64,000 nt of DNA from Sminthopsis crassicaudata. Taxonomy: Eukaryota. This document shows positions 1-12,779 of the stretch, in pieces. How positions within the stretch are numbered: the stretch's first letter is position 1; each line of letters opens with the position of its first letter. Where the stretch lies: contig NC_133620.1 of assembly GCF_048593235.1 (NCBI RefSeq), positions 75,828,852 through 75,892,851 of the forward strand, read 5' to 3'. The notes below the pieces were generated by a model. It saw only the letters and a program-made list of their open reading frames with translations. It did not search any database and was not told where the DNA came from. A program made the translations under genes and the position numbers.

Positions 1-290
1 AAAGTATTTTATAGTCTTGTTCATAGAGGTTCTGGGTTTGCATTAGCTGGTAGGCTTCCAAATATTTTATATTGTCTACAATTATTTTAAATGGAATTTC
101 TATTGCTATTTATTGCTGGGAGACTTTATTGGTTACATATAGAAATGCTGATGATTTGTGTGGATTTATTTTATATCTTATGACTTTGCTAAAGCTGCTA
201 ATAATTTCAAGTAGTTTTTAGTTGATTCTCTAGGAATTTCTAATTATACTATCATATCATCTGCAAAGAATAATAATTTTGTTCCCTCAT
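1..290 (-). mobile_element. L1 ORF2 (RT) fragment
   Basis: Reverse complement of 251-267 encodes FADDM; typical antisense L1 ORF2 sequence. Confidence 0.85.
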
Positions 291-309
291 TGGTTAAAAG
301 ACTTTTTAT

Positions 310-2675
310 ATTTTAAAATTTTCTTTTATTTAGTATTTTATTTTCCCATAGTAACATGTAAAAACAATTTTTAACATTCATTTTTAAAACTTTGAGTTCT
401 AAATTTTCTCCCACCTTATCTCCCATATATGTGTAGTTAAGCAAAACATTTCTATATTAGTCATGTTGTTAATGAAAACAGACCAAAAAAAGCCTCAAGA
501 AAAATAATGAAAGTTTTAAAAGTATGCTTTACCATTAGTTCTTTCTTTGAGTATAGATAGCATTTTTTACCATAAGTCCTTTAGAGTCATCTTAGAATAT
601 TGTATTGCTGAGAATAGCTAAGCTGCTCACAGCTGATCATCTTTTCAACATTGCTGTTTCTTTGTACACAGTGCATTTCACTTTGCACCAGCTTATGTAA
701 ATCTTTCCAGGTTTTTCTGAGAACATCCTGTTCATCATTTCTTATAGCACAATAATATTCCATCATAGTTACATACCAAAACTTGTTCAGCCATTCTCCA
801 ATTGATGGGCATCCCCTCAATGTACAATTTTTTTTTTGCCCTCAGAAAAAAAGCTGCTATAGTTTTGTAATACAGATCCTTTTTCTTTAAAAAAAAATGT
901 CTTTTGAGATAGATCTAGCAGTGGCATTTCTAGGTTAAATGATATATGCATAATTTTATAGGCCTTGAGAATGGTTCCAAATTACTCTACCTAATTATTG
1001 AGTAAGTTTATAACTTCACCAACAGTGCATTAATGTCTCCCTTTCTTTCATATCCCCTCCACCATTTGCCATTTTCCTTTTCTGTGTTACCCATCTAATA
1101 GGTATGAGATAGTACTTCAGAATTATTTTAATTTGCATTTCTCCAATCATTAGAAAGCTAGAGCATTTTTTCATATGGCTATAGATAGTTTTGTTTACAT
1201 CACCTGAAAACTATTTTTGTCTTTTATCATTTCTCAGTTGGGGAATGGCTCTTATTTTTATAAATTTGACTCACTTCTTTATATGTTTGAAAAAAAAAAG
1301 ACCTTTATCAGAGAAACTTGCTTGAAAATTTTTTTCACAGTTATGATTGCTAACCTTTTTTCACCCTATGCTATTTACCCCCTGTTTATTCTCTCTCTCA
1401 TTTCACCTTCTCCTTCCTCAAAAATGTTTTGCTTCTGAATACTCTTTCCCTAATCTGCTCTCCCTTCTATCACTTCCCCCCCAACTCTTATCCTGTTCCC
1501 CTCCTATTTTCCTATAAGGTAAGAAAGATTTATATACCCAATTGAGTATATGAGTTATTCCCTATTTCTAATGAGAGTAATGTTCATTCACTTTCTTCCC
1601 CTGCACTGTAAAATATTTCTCTTGCCTTTTTTATGTGAGATAATTTACTCCCTCTACCTCTCCTTTCTCCTCCTCTTTCATTCCTTAATTTTGTATTTTA
1701 GTTATTATATCTTCATATTTAACTCTTATCTGCACCCTTTGTCTTTTTAACTTCTAATTGCCCTAATAAGAAGAAAGATCTTATGAGTTATGAGTGTCAT
1801 CTTTCCATGTGGGAATATAAAAAATTTAACCTATTAAGTGCTTTTTAATTTCCATTTCCTGTTTACATTTTTATGCTTCTCTTGAATATTATATTTGAAA
1901 ATCAAATTTTATATTTAGCTCTGGTCTTTTTATCAAGAATGCTTCAAAGTCTTCTATTTCATCAAATGTCTATTATTCCCCCTCTCCTCCCCAATAATTA
2001 TGCTCAGTTTTTTTCTGGGTAGGTGATTATTGGTTGTAATTCTAGCTACTTTGTCCTCTGGAATGTCACATTCTAAACTCTTTGATCCTTAGTATAGAAG
2101 CTACTAAATCTTGTCTTATCCTAACTGTAGTTCTATGTTTCTTTCTGGATGCTTGTAATATTTTTTCCTTGATCTTGGAACTCTGAAATTTGGCTATAAT
2201 ATTACTGGGGATTTTCATTTTGGGATCTCTTTCAGGAAATGATTGATGGATTATTTTGATACTATGTTATTCTCTGGTTGTACAATATCAGGGCAGTTTT
2301 CCTCTACAATTTTTTGAAAGATGATATCTAGGCTCTTTTTTGATTATGGCTTTCAGGCAGTTTAATAATTTGTAAATTATCCCTCCTAAATATATTTTCT
2401 AGGTCAGTTGTCTTCCAAAGAAATATTTCATATTGTATTCAATTTTTTCATTCTTTTAGTTTTGTTTTATTGTTTCTTGATTTATCATAAAGTTGTTAAA
2501 TCCTATTTGTTCAATTCCAATTTTTAAGAAATGTTTTTCTTCCCTGAGTTTTGGATCTCTTTTTTCCATTTAGTTTGTTTAAGGAGTTTTTTTTTTTTTT
2601 TCTTCAGTACATTTTGGTAATTGCTTTTCCATTGGTCAATTATGCTTTTTAAGGCATTCTTCTCATTTTTTTGTA

Positions 2676-2711
<36 letters not shown>

Positions 2712-3030
2712 ATTTGGCCTCCTCTGTTTTTTAAAGTGCTATTTTCTCTAATATTTTTGTGTCTCCTTTACCAAGTTGTTGACTCCTTTTCCATGATTTC
2801 TTGCATCATTTTTATCTCTTTCCCCAATTTTTCCTTCATTTTTCTTACCCGATTTTCATAATCCTTTTTGAACTCTTTCACAGCCTAAAACCAATTTATA
2901 TTTTTCTTTGAAGCTTTGGATGTAAGAGTTTTAACTTTGTTGTCTTCTTATAAATATAATTTTAAAAAATCTTCTTTGTCACCATAGTAGCTTTCTATAA
3001 ATGAGAATTATTTTTTGTTTGCTTGCTATT
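310..3030 (-). mobile_element. Old L1/HAL1-like element (3' end, ORF2 C-terminal remnant, ORF1 remnant)
   Basis: Marsupial L1 3'-end sequence at ~310-800, ORF2-end-like sequence at ~820-1330, ORF1-like antisense at ~1850-3030; degenerate. Confidence 0.65.
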
Positions 3031-4164
3031 CTGTCTATTGCTTTCCTATGTTATCCTTTTATGAGTTCTGCTATTCCAGGAATTGTTTTATGGAATTATT
3101 TAAAGTTGTTCCAAAGGGTTTGGGGAGAACTCAGACAAGTAGCTACTTTTTCTCCACCTCTTGAAAAGAAACATTTTTAAAGGAAGAATGGGAGCTTCTC
3201 TACCTTTTCCAGAGGCATATAGTAAACAGAATCCCTCCTTTCCCTTTGGGTTAATTCAACCCTACCCACATCACTGAAGGATAAGATTGACTGATGACTA
3301 AGCTATTATACAATGACAATGAATCACCACTAGATTCTTACTCAAAAAACCTGCGAACTTCCCCTATTATAATAATGTGAAACTGATGTATAAGTATATA
3401 TATATGGTATGTTTATACATGTATATGTGTATATACATATAAATATGGATATATATGGATATACATGGATATATGTGTACATGTATGTGTTTGTATATAT
3501 AAATTTTTCTTTTTAGAACAGCACAAAATACTAGAAAAAAGAAATAGAGTACTGCCAGTTATGATATCCTGAAGACTTAAAATGGTTGATATGTTAGTAC
3601 TTTGATATAGTGATGATTACCTTGAATGATGTTTCTCTCTTTAGTTCCATCGAAAGGTCTTAATCTGATCTCATATTCCATCCATTTTCAGGGATTATTA
3701 TCTGTCTTTTTTTAGTTACCTTCATATAAGGTTTTGTTCTGTGTTCTCTCTCTGATACATTAAATGATCTCAGAGAAGAGTTTCCTCATCCTGAAGTCAT
3801 GCCCATGTGGATGGAAAGTGCCCACTGTTGATTAATGCCTTCTTGACTAGTGAGAAGCAGAGTCAAGAATGTGGGCTCTGTTTAACTTTTCATTTATGTT
3901 ATCCAGAGCTCTCAGACCTAGGTATGAAGACTATTTTGAGAAACATCTGATGTTCCAGTTGGTTTATATAAATGCCAGAGTTAGCTAAAAATGAGATCAG
4001 AAAACTCATGTACCCAGAAAATCCTTGATGTTTGTTAACGATATTCAGAGTAACCCCGATTTTTGAAAAAACAACCCCCCCACAAAAAAACAAACTTGAC
4101 CTACCTTTCATTACTTTTAATATGGATTTTCTATTTTAACTTTGGGTTAAAGCTCGGTTAAGCT

Positions 4165-4320
4165 GAACTTAGGCAAAAATCCTGTTTCTGGCATTTCCTA
4201 TGTGACTTTGCATAAGCCACTTAACTTTTCTGGGGCAGTTTCTTCATTTGTAAAATAAAAATTTTAGATTGGATGGTATCTATGATTTTCTTCACCTCTA
4301 AATCTATAATTATATGATTA
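4165..4320 (+). mobile_element. MIR-family SINE
   Basis: Core 'cacttaacttttctggggcagtttcttcatttgtaaaat' and a MIR3-like tail. Confidence 0.65.
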
Positions 4321-5254
4321 CATTTTTAGAACATCTGAGATCTGAGAGACCATTTTTGGACTACACAGAAATATCTGAATAGGGCTAGGGTATTTCTATG
4401 ATTGCCAGAATTATTGAAGAGCAGATCTCTTTTAAGCACATCAAAAGCTGGCATTTTTCTTCTGGTGTTGTTTTATTTTAAAATTTATTCAATAAATTGA
4501 GGTATTCCTTTTAAAAAGGCTGATCACAATTAATTCATGCTTGCTTACCTTGGATGACTCATGAGCATGTTCTTTCAAAAGTCCATGCCAAGTGATCAGC
4601 TCGATGTAGTAGAGACTTTTCATTCATTCTCTACATATTGAAGATATCTTAATAGAATATTTTATCCCATACTGTTGTCATATAGTTGTCACACTTCAAT
4701 ATATATATATATTTATATAGATATAGATATAATTTCTTTGTTATTTTCTTACAAATCTGGAAAAAAATGTAGTATTTGATTAATGATTGAACCTGTGGCT
4801 CAATGACACAACCTCAAATTCATGTCTTTATCATTTTGTTAAAAAACAAACAAAAAAACCCCACCCCCCCCATAAACAACCCAGTACTCATTACACAATT
4901 TCATGGATTCTGCAATTTGAAAACAATTGTTCATACTTGTAATTGCATTGGGTTGTCTGTGTGTATATGTGTGTTTGTGTGAGTGTGTGTGTCTCAGTAT
5001 ATGCATGCTTACTTACTGATAAGGAAATTTTATCTGAGGGGAATTCTTTTGGAAGTTTTATGGAGAGTAGATGGAGAAGACAAAGCATGGTAATGGAAAT
5101 ACCTATTAGGGGGATATTACAAATTCCTAGTAAGAGATTATGAGGATGTGAACTAGAATAGTGGCTGTGTGTGTAGAGAGAAAATGATGAATGTGAGAGA
5201 ATTTGTAGATGTATAATCAAATGGTTTTTATAGTTTTATATTTTTATATTTTAG

Positions 5255-5500
5255 CACACAGCCTAGGATATAGTAAATGTCACATAAATACTTCTTGATT
5301 TGGGAACTGAGATAAGGGAGAAAGGAGTCAAGGTTCAGAACCATGGTGACAACAAAGATAATGGTACTTTTGACAAAAATAGGGAAGTTTGGAAGTCAGG
5401 CAAGCTTAAGAGAGAAGATACTACATTCTGATTTGGACATATTGAATTTATGCTGCCTCTAGGACATCAAGGTGGGAATGATCAGTAAGCAGTGGTGATA
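5255..5500 (+). mobile_element. L2 fragments
   Basis: L2-like 'tttggacatattgaatttatgctgcctctaggacatc' and 'agcacacagcctagg...aaatgt'. Confidence 0.5.
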
Positions 5501-5963
5501 CTGGATTAAATTAATTTTCCACTTTACATGATTAGGATAGATTGTTCTGAATAATCATGGATCCCGTTCAAAAGACTGCAGTATTCCTAGGAATGATGTT
5601 ATCAGTCCAAAATTCAGGAAAGAAATTACATCCACTTACATAGACTTATAAGTTATTACTATATAGATATCTCAATCCAAGTGAATTAATGAGATAATCA
5701 AAAGTGGACATGGTGAGAGGAAGAGAGAGTTTTATATAGAATCATGGTGGACATGCTTAGGTGACAAAACATTTATGATGGCCAAATGAAAGAGACTGAG
5801 GAAGGATCATCCAAAAAGGTAAGAAAGAGGCGAATTGGGAGGAACCAGTGCTATGAAAGTCAAAGGAGTCAAGAATCTCCCATAGGAGAGGATGGTGTTA
5901 TATTTCAAAAGATAAATTATGCATTTTAACAGAAATGGTTTGTCCAGAAAATAAGCATAGTAC

Positions 5964-6119
5964 TGTCATGCTGGAGAAACTGAGGCAAGATAGAGATTAG
6001 AGAATTTTTTAATATTTTATTTGAAAGGGAGATATTTACTGGCACCAAATGGATCCATGGTTTGGTCCCAGAGCTGAATCAGAATCCAAGCAATCCAGCA
6101 GCCAATGTGAGTTCTCAAT

Positions 6120-6171
<52 letters not shown>

Positions 6172-6564
6172 CATACATACATACATACATACACATGGCT
6201 CAGATATAGGGGGTAAACAGAGGCAGGGGCAGTATCAAGATGCTGAGAGTGGGAACAGAACTATGGATCTGGTTCTGATAAGGTGAGGGGAGTCATGGGA
6301 GACATCAGATAAATTGGTATTACAGAATGGGGAGAGGCATCCAAAATTCTGATGAGTTGGAATGGGGAGGGGCACCCAACATTCTGATGATGTCTAAGAT
6401 AGAAGGTCTTTCTCCTTATCTGGATCATCATAATTAGGAGGGAAGAGTGATGTTTCAGGATTGACCAGAACAATTAGGAACTGAGGCAGAACAATTCAGG
6501 GATACTGAGGCAGGACAATTAAGGAAACCGAGCCAGAACAATAAAAGGGAACTGTGACACAACA
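5964..6564 (-). mobile_element. Solo LTR (ERV1-like), copy A
   Basis: TG...CA ends, perfect 4-bp TSD GTAC (5960-5963/6565-6568), minus-strand AATAAA near the 3' end; homologous to 10489-11029. Confidence 0.9.
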
Positions 6565-7369
6565 GTACAAAGAAAGTGAATTAATTGGGAACAGCCAACA
6601 TTGATTTTACCCAATGGTTAGAAGAAGAAGCCATATGCAAAAAAACCCAAAAAAACAAAAAAACAAAGATTTGTGCTTTTATAGTATGTGCTGCCACAGC
6701 TGCTAAAGACCCAGAAAATTCTTGACACCAAAATCATTGACACTATCAAATGGTTAACAACAAAAACAACAACTACAACATTTATATCACAAGCTTTAAG
6801 GTTTGCAAAGTGCCAATCTCCACAGTAGTTGCTTCCCAGGATCATGGCTATGGGTATTCACTGGAAGCATTGCTATTCAAAGGTTGTCTTCATCAAGATT
6901 TGAAGAGAGATGGTGATTATGTGGTGAAGGTGGCAGTTTGACTTGCCTGACATATTTATTACCTTCTGTCTTTCCCTCAAGGTACCCCATTGCTTCAGCA
7001 AGGTTGATCTGCCTTCCCTGAGAGTAGCAATTAATTGGCAGTTAATGGGGTTGGTTGGCCCCTTCACAGAATTTGTTGCCCCCGATAATGGTTATAAAGG
7101 TGACTGTAAGCAGAGCAGATGGTCTGGGAAGTTATCCCCAGATAGTTATATTTATTGTATTATATTTATGCTGATCCTGGATGGCATTATAAATTGAGGG
7201 GTACTGGGCAATCAGGGTACAGTAGAATGACATTAGACTTCTGTGGGACATAGAGAAGTAATAGTCTGGAGAAGGTGGGGAAAAGAGGTGAGGAATTTAT
7301 CTTACTCCTCAGTGGAAGAAACAATGTTAAAATGTTACACTTTAGTATATACAAAAATATTTAGGAATT

Positions 7370-7760
7370 TAAAGTGGTAAAAGTACAATTCCAAATTGTC
7401 AGTAGAATTTAAGACATCTGCCCTAATTTTTTTCAAGGACATGCATAATGAGTTTGGATGAGATGTGACTGAGACTTCACAAGAAAAAAAAAAAATGAGT
7501 CAGAGAGTTGAGCAATATACCTAGAAATGAAATGTTTTCAGTTTTAAAAATGGGAATAAGATGCTTATATGCAAAAATCTTTCATTTTGAAATTAGCAAG
7601 AAAAGGAAACAAAGCAAAACTATGCACTTTAACAGAAATGATTTGTCCAGAAAATGTGTTGTACAAAGAAAGTGAATTTAATGGAAACAGTCAACATTGA
7701 TTTTATTTAATGGTTAGAAGAAGTCATATGCAAAAAAAGATCTGTGCTTTTATTGTATTC
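7370..7760 (+). mobile_element. L3/CR1 RT fragment
   Basis: Degenerate frame with MHFN...KC...KDL resembling the CR1 RT C-terminus. Confidence 0.45.
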
Positions 7761-7774
7761 AAAAACATCTCTCT

Positions 7775-7940
7775 AGATCAATCTAATAAATGGTTTAGAA
7801 AATAAATCCTACTGAGTTGTCTGAGACTCACCACTGATAAATGACTTGATCAGGATCTCTTTACCAGTAAATGTCAGAGGGAGGATTTGAATCTAGGTTT
7901 TTTCTGGGTCTAAGCTTTGTACTCTAATTCCATGTACCAT
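7775..7940 (-). mobile_element. MIR-family SINE
   Basis: 'aaatgacttgatcaggatc...ggaggatttgaatctagg'. Confidence 0.55.
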
Positions 7941-8330
7941 CTGTGAATATATCATATGAGGAGAAAAAAAGGAAAGAGATGTGGGTCTGTTTTAAGCCTT
8001 AACTTAGCTAATCAATGGAATAGGATTACAACTCATTATCAAAGGTCACTTAGGTCAAAATGTTGGCTCCTGTGTATCCTACTAATTGTACTAAAGATTA
8101 TGGAGCAATAACATGATGTTCTACATGACAGATGAGCTTTTCACCATTAATCAATTATTTGGGTAATCTAATACAACTAAAGAACATACAGACATCAAGC
8201 CAACGTGGTACTCAGAAGTTAAACAAAAACAGTGCTTACATTACTGTTACTTTAGGAATAATCTTCTGGTTTTTGTCTTATAATAAATAAGAACAGCTGG
8301 TTTTATAATTATCTGTCAGGTCCCCTCCCT

Positions 8331-8445
8331 CAGGCAATTGGCATTAAGTGACTTGCCCAGGGTCACACAGCCAGGAAGTGTTAAGTGTCTGAAACCAGGT
8401 TGAACTCAAGTCCTCCTGACTTCAGGGCTGGTGTTTTATCCACTT
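8331..8445 (-). mobile_element. Marsupial CORE-SINE (WSINE1/SINE-1-like)
   Basis: 'ttaagtgacttgcccagggtcacacagc...gtcctcctgacttcagg'. Confidence 0.85.
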
Positions 8446-9111
8446 CATATCTTTGCTTTGTGAGACATACACCTCTCCCTCCAGGCTCAAAGAAGACAAT
8501 AATCTAGAAGACAAGAAAGGGCTTCAAATTGTTTTAAAAAAAAGTTAATATGAGACAGATCACATATTCCAGATACTGGAACATTAATTTTTGTGTGTTT
8601 GTTTGTTTTAATGAATTGCAAAGAAAATGTCTTAAACTATAAATCAGAAAATCAGGCTTCCATCAAAAGCTTCAGAATGAAATCCTCTGTAGCTCTATAG
8701 ACATCCCTAATTCTATTTCAACGCTATATTCATTCAATGATATTTAATTAATATCTAGGTTTGACTTCTAATTTTTGCTTTATTATTCAATTCAATTAAA
8801 TCAATCAGTATTTATTAAGGCCTACCTTGTGCAAAACACTAGAAATTCAAAGACTCAAATAAAATATTTTCTAACCTCAAGAAGCTTGTATTCTACAAAG
8901 TAATTACATGAGAGAGAGAATGCTAATAAGGGATAGAGAAAGGCTGAAAATTTTTTTATATCAAGAGATGAAAAGGAAAGGAAGGAATGAAGGAACAAGA
9001 ATGAATGAAAAAAGAAACACTTACTAAGCACCTACTATGTGCTAAACACTATGGTAAACACTTTATAAACATCTCATTAGAATTTCATACATATAATTAA
9101 CATAATTAATA

Positions 9112-9302
9112 NNNNNNNNNNNNNNNNNNNNNNNNNNNNNNNNNNNNNNNNNNNNNNNNNNNNNNNNNNNNNNNNNNNNNNNNNNNNNNNNNNNNNNNNN
9201 NNNNNNNNNNNNNNNNNNNNNNNNNNNNNNNNNNNNNNNNNNNNNNNNNNNNNNNNNNNNNNNNNNNNNNNNNNNNNNNNNNNNNNNNNNNNNNNNNNNN
9301 NN
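9112..9302. other. Assembly gap (191 N)
   Basis: N run. Confidence 1.
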
Positions 9303-10199
9303 ACTTGGATAATTTAAATTAATTATAGACATCTTTTGACATCTTGGTAGATTACTGGGTATTTCTATCTTTGATAGAATACTATTCAATGTCAATTTAC
9401 TTCTCTGATCACTCACCAGCTTTGTTAACTTTGGGCAAGGCATTTAACCTGTATGTGCCTCAGGGAATTCCCTTCCACTTATTAATGAAGTCAGTTCTTC
9501 AGTCATCCTTCCGGTACAGTTTTTGTAGCCTCATTTGCATGACAAATTGTTGGTCATGGTTATGATTTGAGAATTATGCACACCATGGGCACTCAGTAAA
9601 TAATGTTGCTTAACTGGTGGGGGTATTGTATTTGAAAAACTATCGCTAAGTATATTCTTAAACAAAAATCTTTCATTCTTCTGCAAAAATAATTCCAGAA
9701 TTAGAAACAAGCATATACAAAAATATCATACAACACTAGTTTGATGTAAAGTTTTACAAAATGTCACTTAAGTGTTTGGGTTCAAGATGATGATAGCAAT
9801 CACATATGATGATTATGTACATTCAATCATGAGAACTCCATGATAACCTTGTAAGGTTATCCTGTTTTCCATTTTATATATGAGGATACTCTACCTTAAG
9901 AAGGTGAAATTTTTCTGAAGTCACCTGGCTAGTGAGTGACAGAATCAGGTGTGACTTCTGAGTCTACTACTCTTTTTGCTAAGTATAACTTCGAATATGT
10001 GAGCTATCTCCCAAATATTTTGATAATGACATTTTAGCATAAATAGGATTTGCAATCCTTTGCTTTTTATTTTTATGAATTTAAAAACACAATTTTGAGA
10101 AAGGAGTTTATAAGCTTCATCATATTAGCAATGAGAACCACAAGAAAAAATTAAGAATTCTTGTTAATTTGGACAACCTTTCATCCTGGTTATTTCCTT

Positions 10200-11230
10200 T
10201 ATTTATTTATTATTTTTTAATCAATATTTTATTTTTCCAAATACATGCAAAGACAGTTTTCAATATTTACTTTTGCAAAGCCTTGGATTCTAAATTTTTC
10301 CCCCTGTCTCCATTACTCCCTCTCTCTCCAAGACTGCAAGCAAAAAGTTAAGCTAAACATGTTTAATTATTTTAAACATATTTCCATATTTGTAATGATG
10401 TGTAGGGAAAAATCAGATCAAAAAGGAAGAAAAAAAAAATGACAAAGAAAAAAAAGAAGTAAATAACAACCAAAAAAGATGAAAATACTGTAATGCTGGA
10501 GAAACTGAGGCAAGATAGAGATTAGAGAGTATTTAATATTTTATTTTAAAGGGAGGGATTTACTGGGACTAAATGGATCCATGATTTGGTTCCAGGGCTG
10601 AATGAGACTATCGTTTCCAAGAATCCAGCAAACAATGAGAGTTGTTTATATATATACATACATACATACATATATGACTCAGATAAAGGGGGTAGACAGA
10701 GGCAGGGGTGGAGTCAGAGTGCTGAAAATGAAAACAGGACTATCAATCTGGTTCTGACAGGGTGGGGGACATCTGATAAATTGGGATTACAGAATGGGGA
10801 GAGGTATCCAACATTCTGATAAGTTGGAATGGGGAGAGGCACCCAACATTCTGATGATGCCTAAGATAGAAGGTCTTTCTCTTTATCTGGATCATCATTA
10901 TTAGGAGGGAAAAATGATGTTGCAGGATTGAGGAGACAATTAGAAACTGAGGCAGGATAATTTAGGGAAACTGAATCAGGAAAATTAGGGAAACTGAGTC
11001 AGGACAGTACAAGAAACAGTGACACAACAATAGTAATACTTGCTCCACAATCAGTCTCCATAGTTCTCTCTCTGGATACAGATGGCACTTTCCATCCCAA
11101 GTCTGTTGGAATTGTCTTGAATCACTTTATTGTTGAAAAGAGCCAAATCCATCACAGTTGATCACATAATCTTGTTGTTACTATGTATAGTGCTCTCTTG
11201 GTTCTATCCACTTAACTCAGCATTTGATAA
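10200..11230 (-). mobile_element. L1 3' end, split by the LTR at 10489-11029
   Basis: L1 tail at 10200-10488 resumes at 11030 and runs to 'cacttaactcagcat'. Confidence 0.85.
10489..11029 (-). mobile_element. Solo LTR (ERV1-like), copy B
   Basis: TG...CA ends, TSD ATAC/ATAG, same family as 5964-6564. Confidence 0.9.
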
Positions 11231-11649
11231 CTTCTTTTAAAAGGCAACTAGTATGGTGATTTCATGTGACTTTTCTTTTTGGGTATCCTTTCTTCGAATT
11301 GCCTGCAGGTAGTTCTAGAGTCTCCTAAGTGGCAGCAGGAGAGCAAGTACAAGAAGGAACACAGGTCCATGATTTTACTTTAAGGTGTACTTTTACTGAT
11401 GGAATTAAGAGGAATTCTATTTACAGTCTGTTTAGTTTTAAGTCTGTTTTTAGATATCATGTCATCTAATGTGACAGATTACAGTTTATCCTATGATTTT
11501 AAATATTTTTTTAGAGCAAGTGATGCCTTTATTCATTTATTTATCTATGCCTTCATTTATCTTTATTTATTTATTCATTCATCTATTTATTTGTTTGTTT
11601 GATTATTTATTTGTGTGTGTCTGTATGTGTAGTGTGTGTATATTCATTT

Positions 11650-11714
11650 GTCTGTCTATCTATCTATCTATCTATCTACCTACCTACCTACCTACCTACC
11701 TACCTACCTACCTA
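11650..11714. repeat. (TCTA)n(CCTA)n compound microsatellite
   Basis: Seen directly. Confidence 0.95.
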
Positions 11715-12199
11715 TTTATAATAAAATCCCTATTGGGGGTGTGTGTGTGTGTTAGAACTAGCTTGCTCTACAGTTGCAGCAGTGATTATAAGAACAGAAA
11801 CATGGGCCCTGCTATTACTCAGCCCAAACTCTAGTAAATGGATCGGAAGGGCAGGGCCTATAAACCTATGCCTACAGGAAAGGCAAAAGTTGCATTTTAA
11901 AGTATAATATAGTGTAACGAACCTCTGACAGCCCTGCAAGTCACAACGAGCAATATTTTGGAAACAAGCACACAGGTATAATTGGTAACTGAGACACACC
12001 ACCGGAAAATGTGGGGAATGTTATCCTGGAAGGATCTTAGTAAACAGCAGAAAAGGAGTTTAGGAAATGAAGGAAATAGGTTGCTGTGAAATATTGGAGA
12101 GAGTAAACAAAACAATCAGACCTCCCAATGCTACTCCTTTTTGAAGAAACTATATCTTTTCGAAGGATATAATGGAAATGATAGCATAGCAACAAAGTT

Positions 12200-12470
12200 A
12201 TCTCCACAAATGCTTAAAAGATTGACTTATGAAGAAATAGTTAAAGCATAAGGTCAAATGTGTGGCTGTATTGAATAACTGGATGAAGAGAGAAGACTAC
12301 CTTAATGATCACTGCTTAAGTACTTAAGGGTTATTTAAATGGTTTATTTACAAGTTATGAAATAGTTTCTAAAAAATAATATTTAGACTCAATGAAAAAA
12401 GATGGTGATTAAGCTTATGAAATAGTATATTGCTGCAGGGAAGTGGAATCCCCATCACATTCATGAGTCA
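12200..12470 (+). mobile_element. L3/CR1 3' fragment
   Basis: 'ttatgaagaaatagttaaag...gagagaagact...aagtacttaaggg' resembles the L3 3' region. Confidence 0.5.
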
Positions 12471-12779
12471 TAAAACTTGACTTTACATATCACTCCTGAG
12501 TGTGCAAATTAAAAATTGGCCCTTGATTATAAATGACTGAATGATATTTCTATAATTGATTATTAGGATTAAAAAAACAACAAAACTAGTATCTAGGTAA
12601 ATCAGTGTGGAAAGGAGGGATTTCATTTTTGTTTAATTAGGTGAAAGATCCTGGGAATAAATTGAGGAAGTGACATATTTTCTAGCTCAATAAAATAGTT
12701 TTTGGTAATTTAATTTTGATGGCATTGAATATAAATTTAATTTAGTGTTATAGATTGACAGTTTTGTTGTGAAGATCAT

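Noticed and set aside
5964-11029. The two related LTRs as the 5' and 3' LTRs of one provirus
   Set aside because: Each has its own TSD (GTAC; ATAC/ATAG), they are visibly diverged, and the interval holds SINE/L1/L3 pieces with no PBS, gag, pol or PPT.
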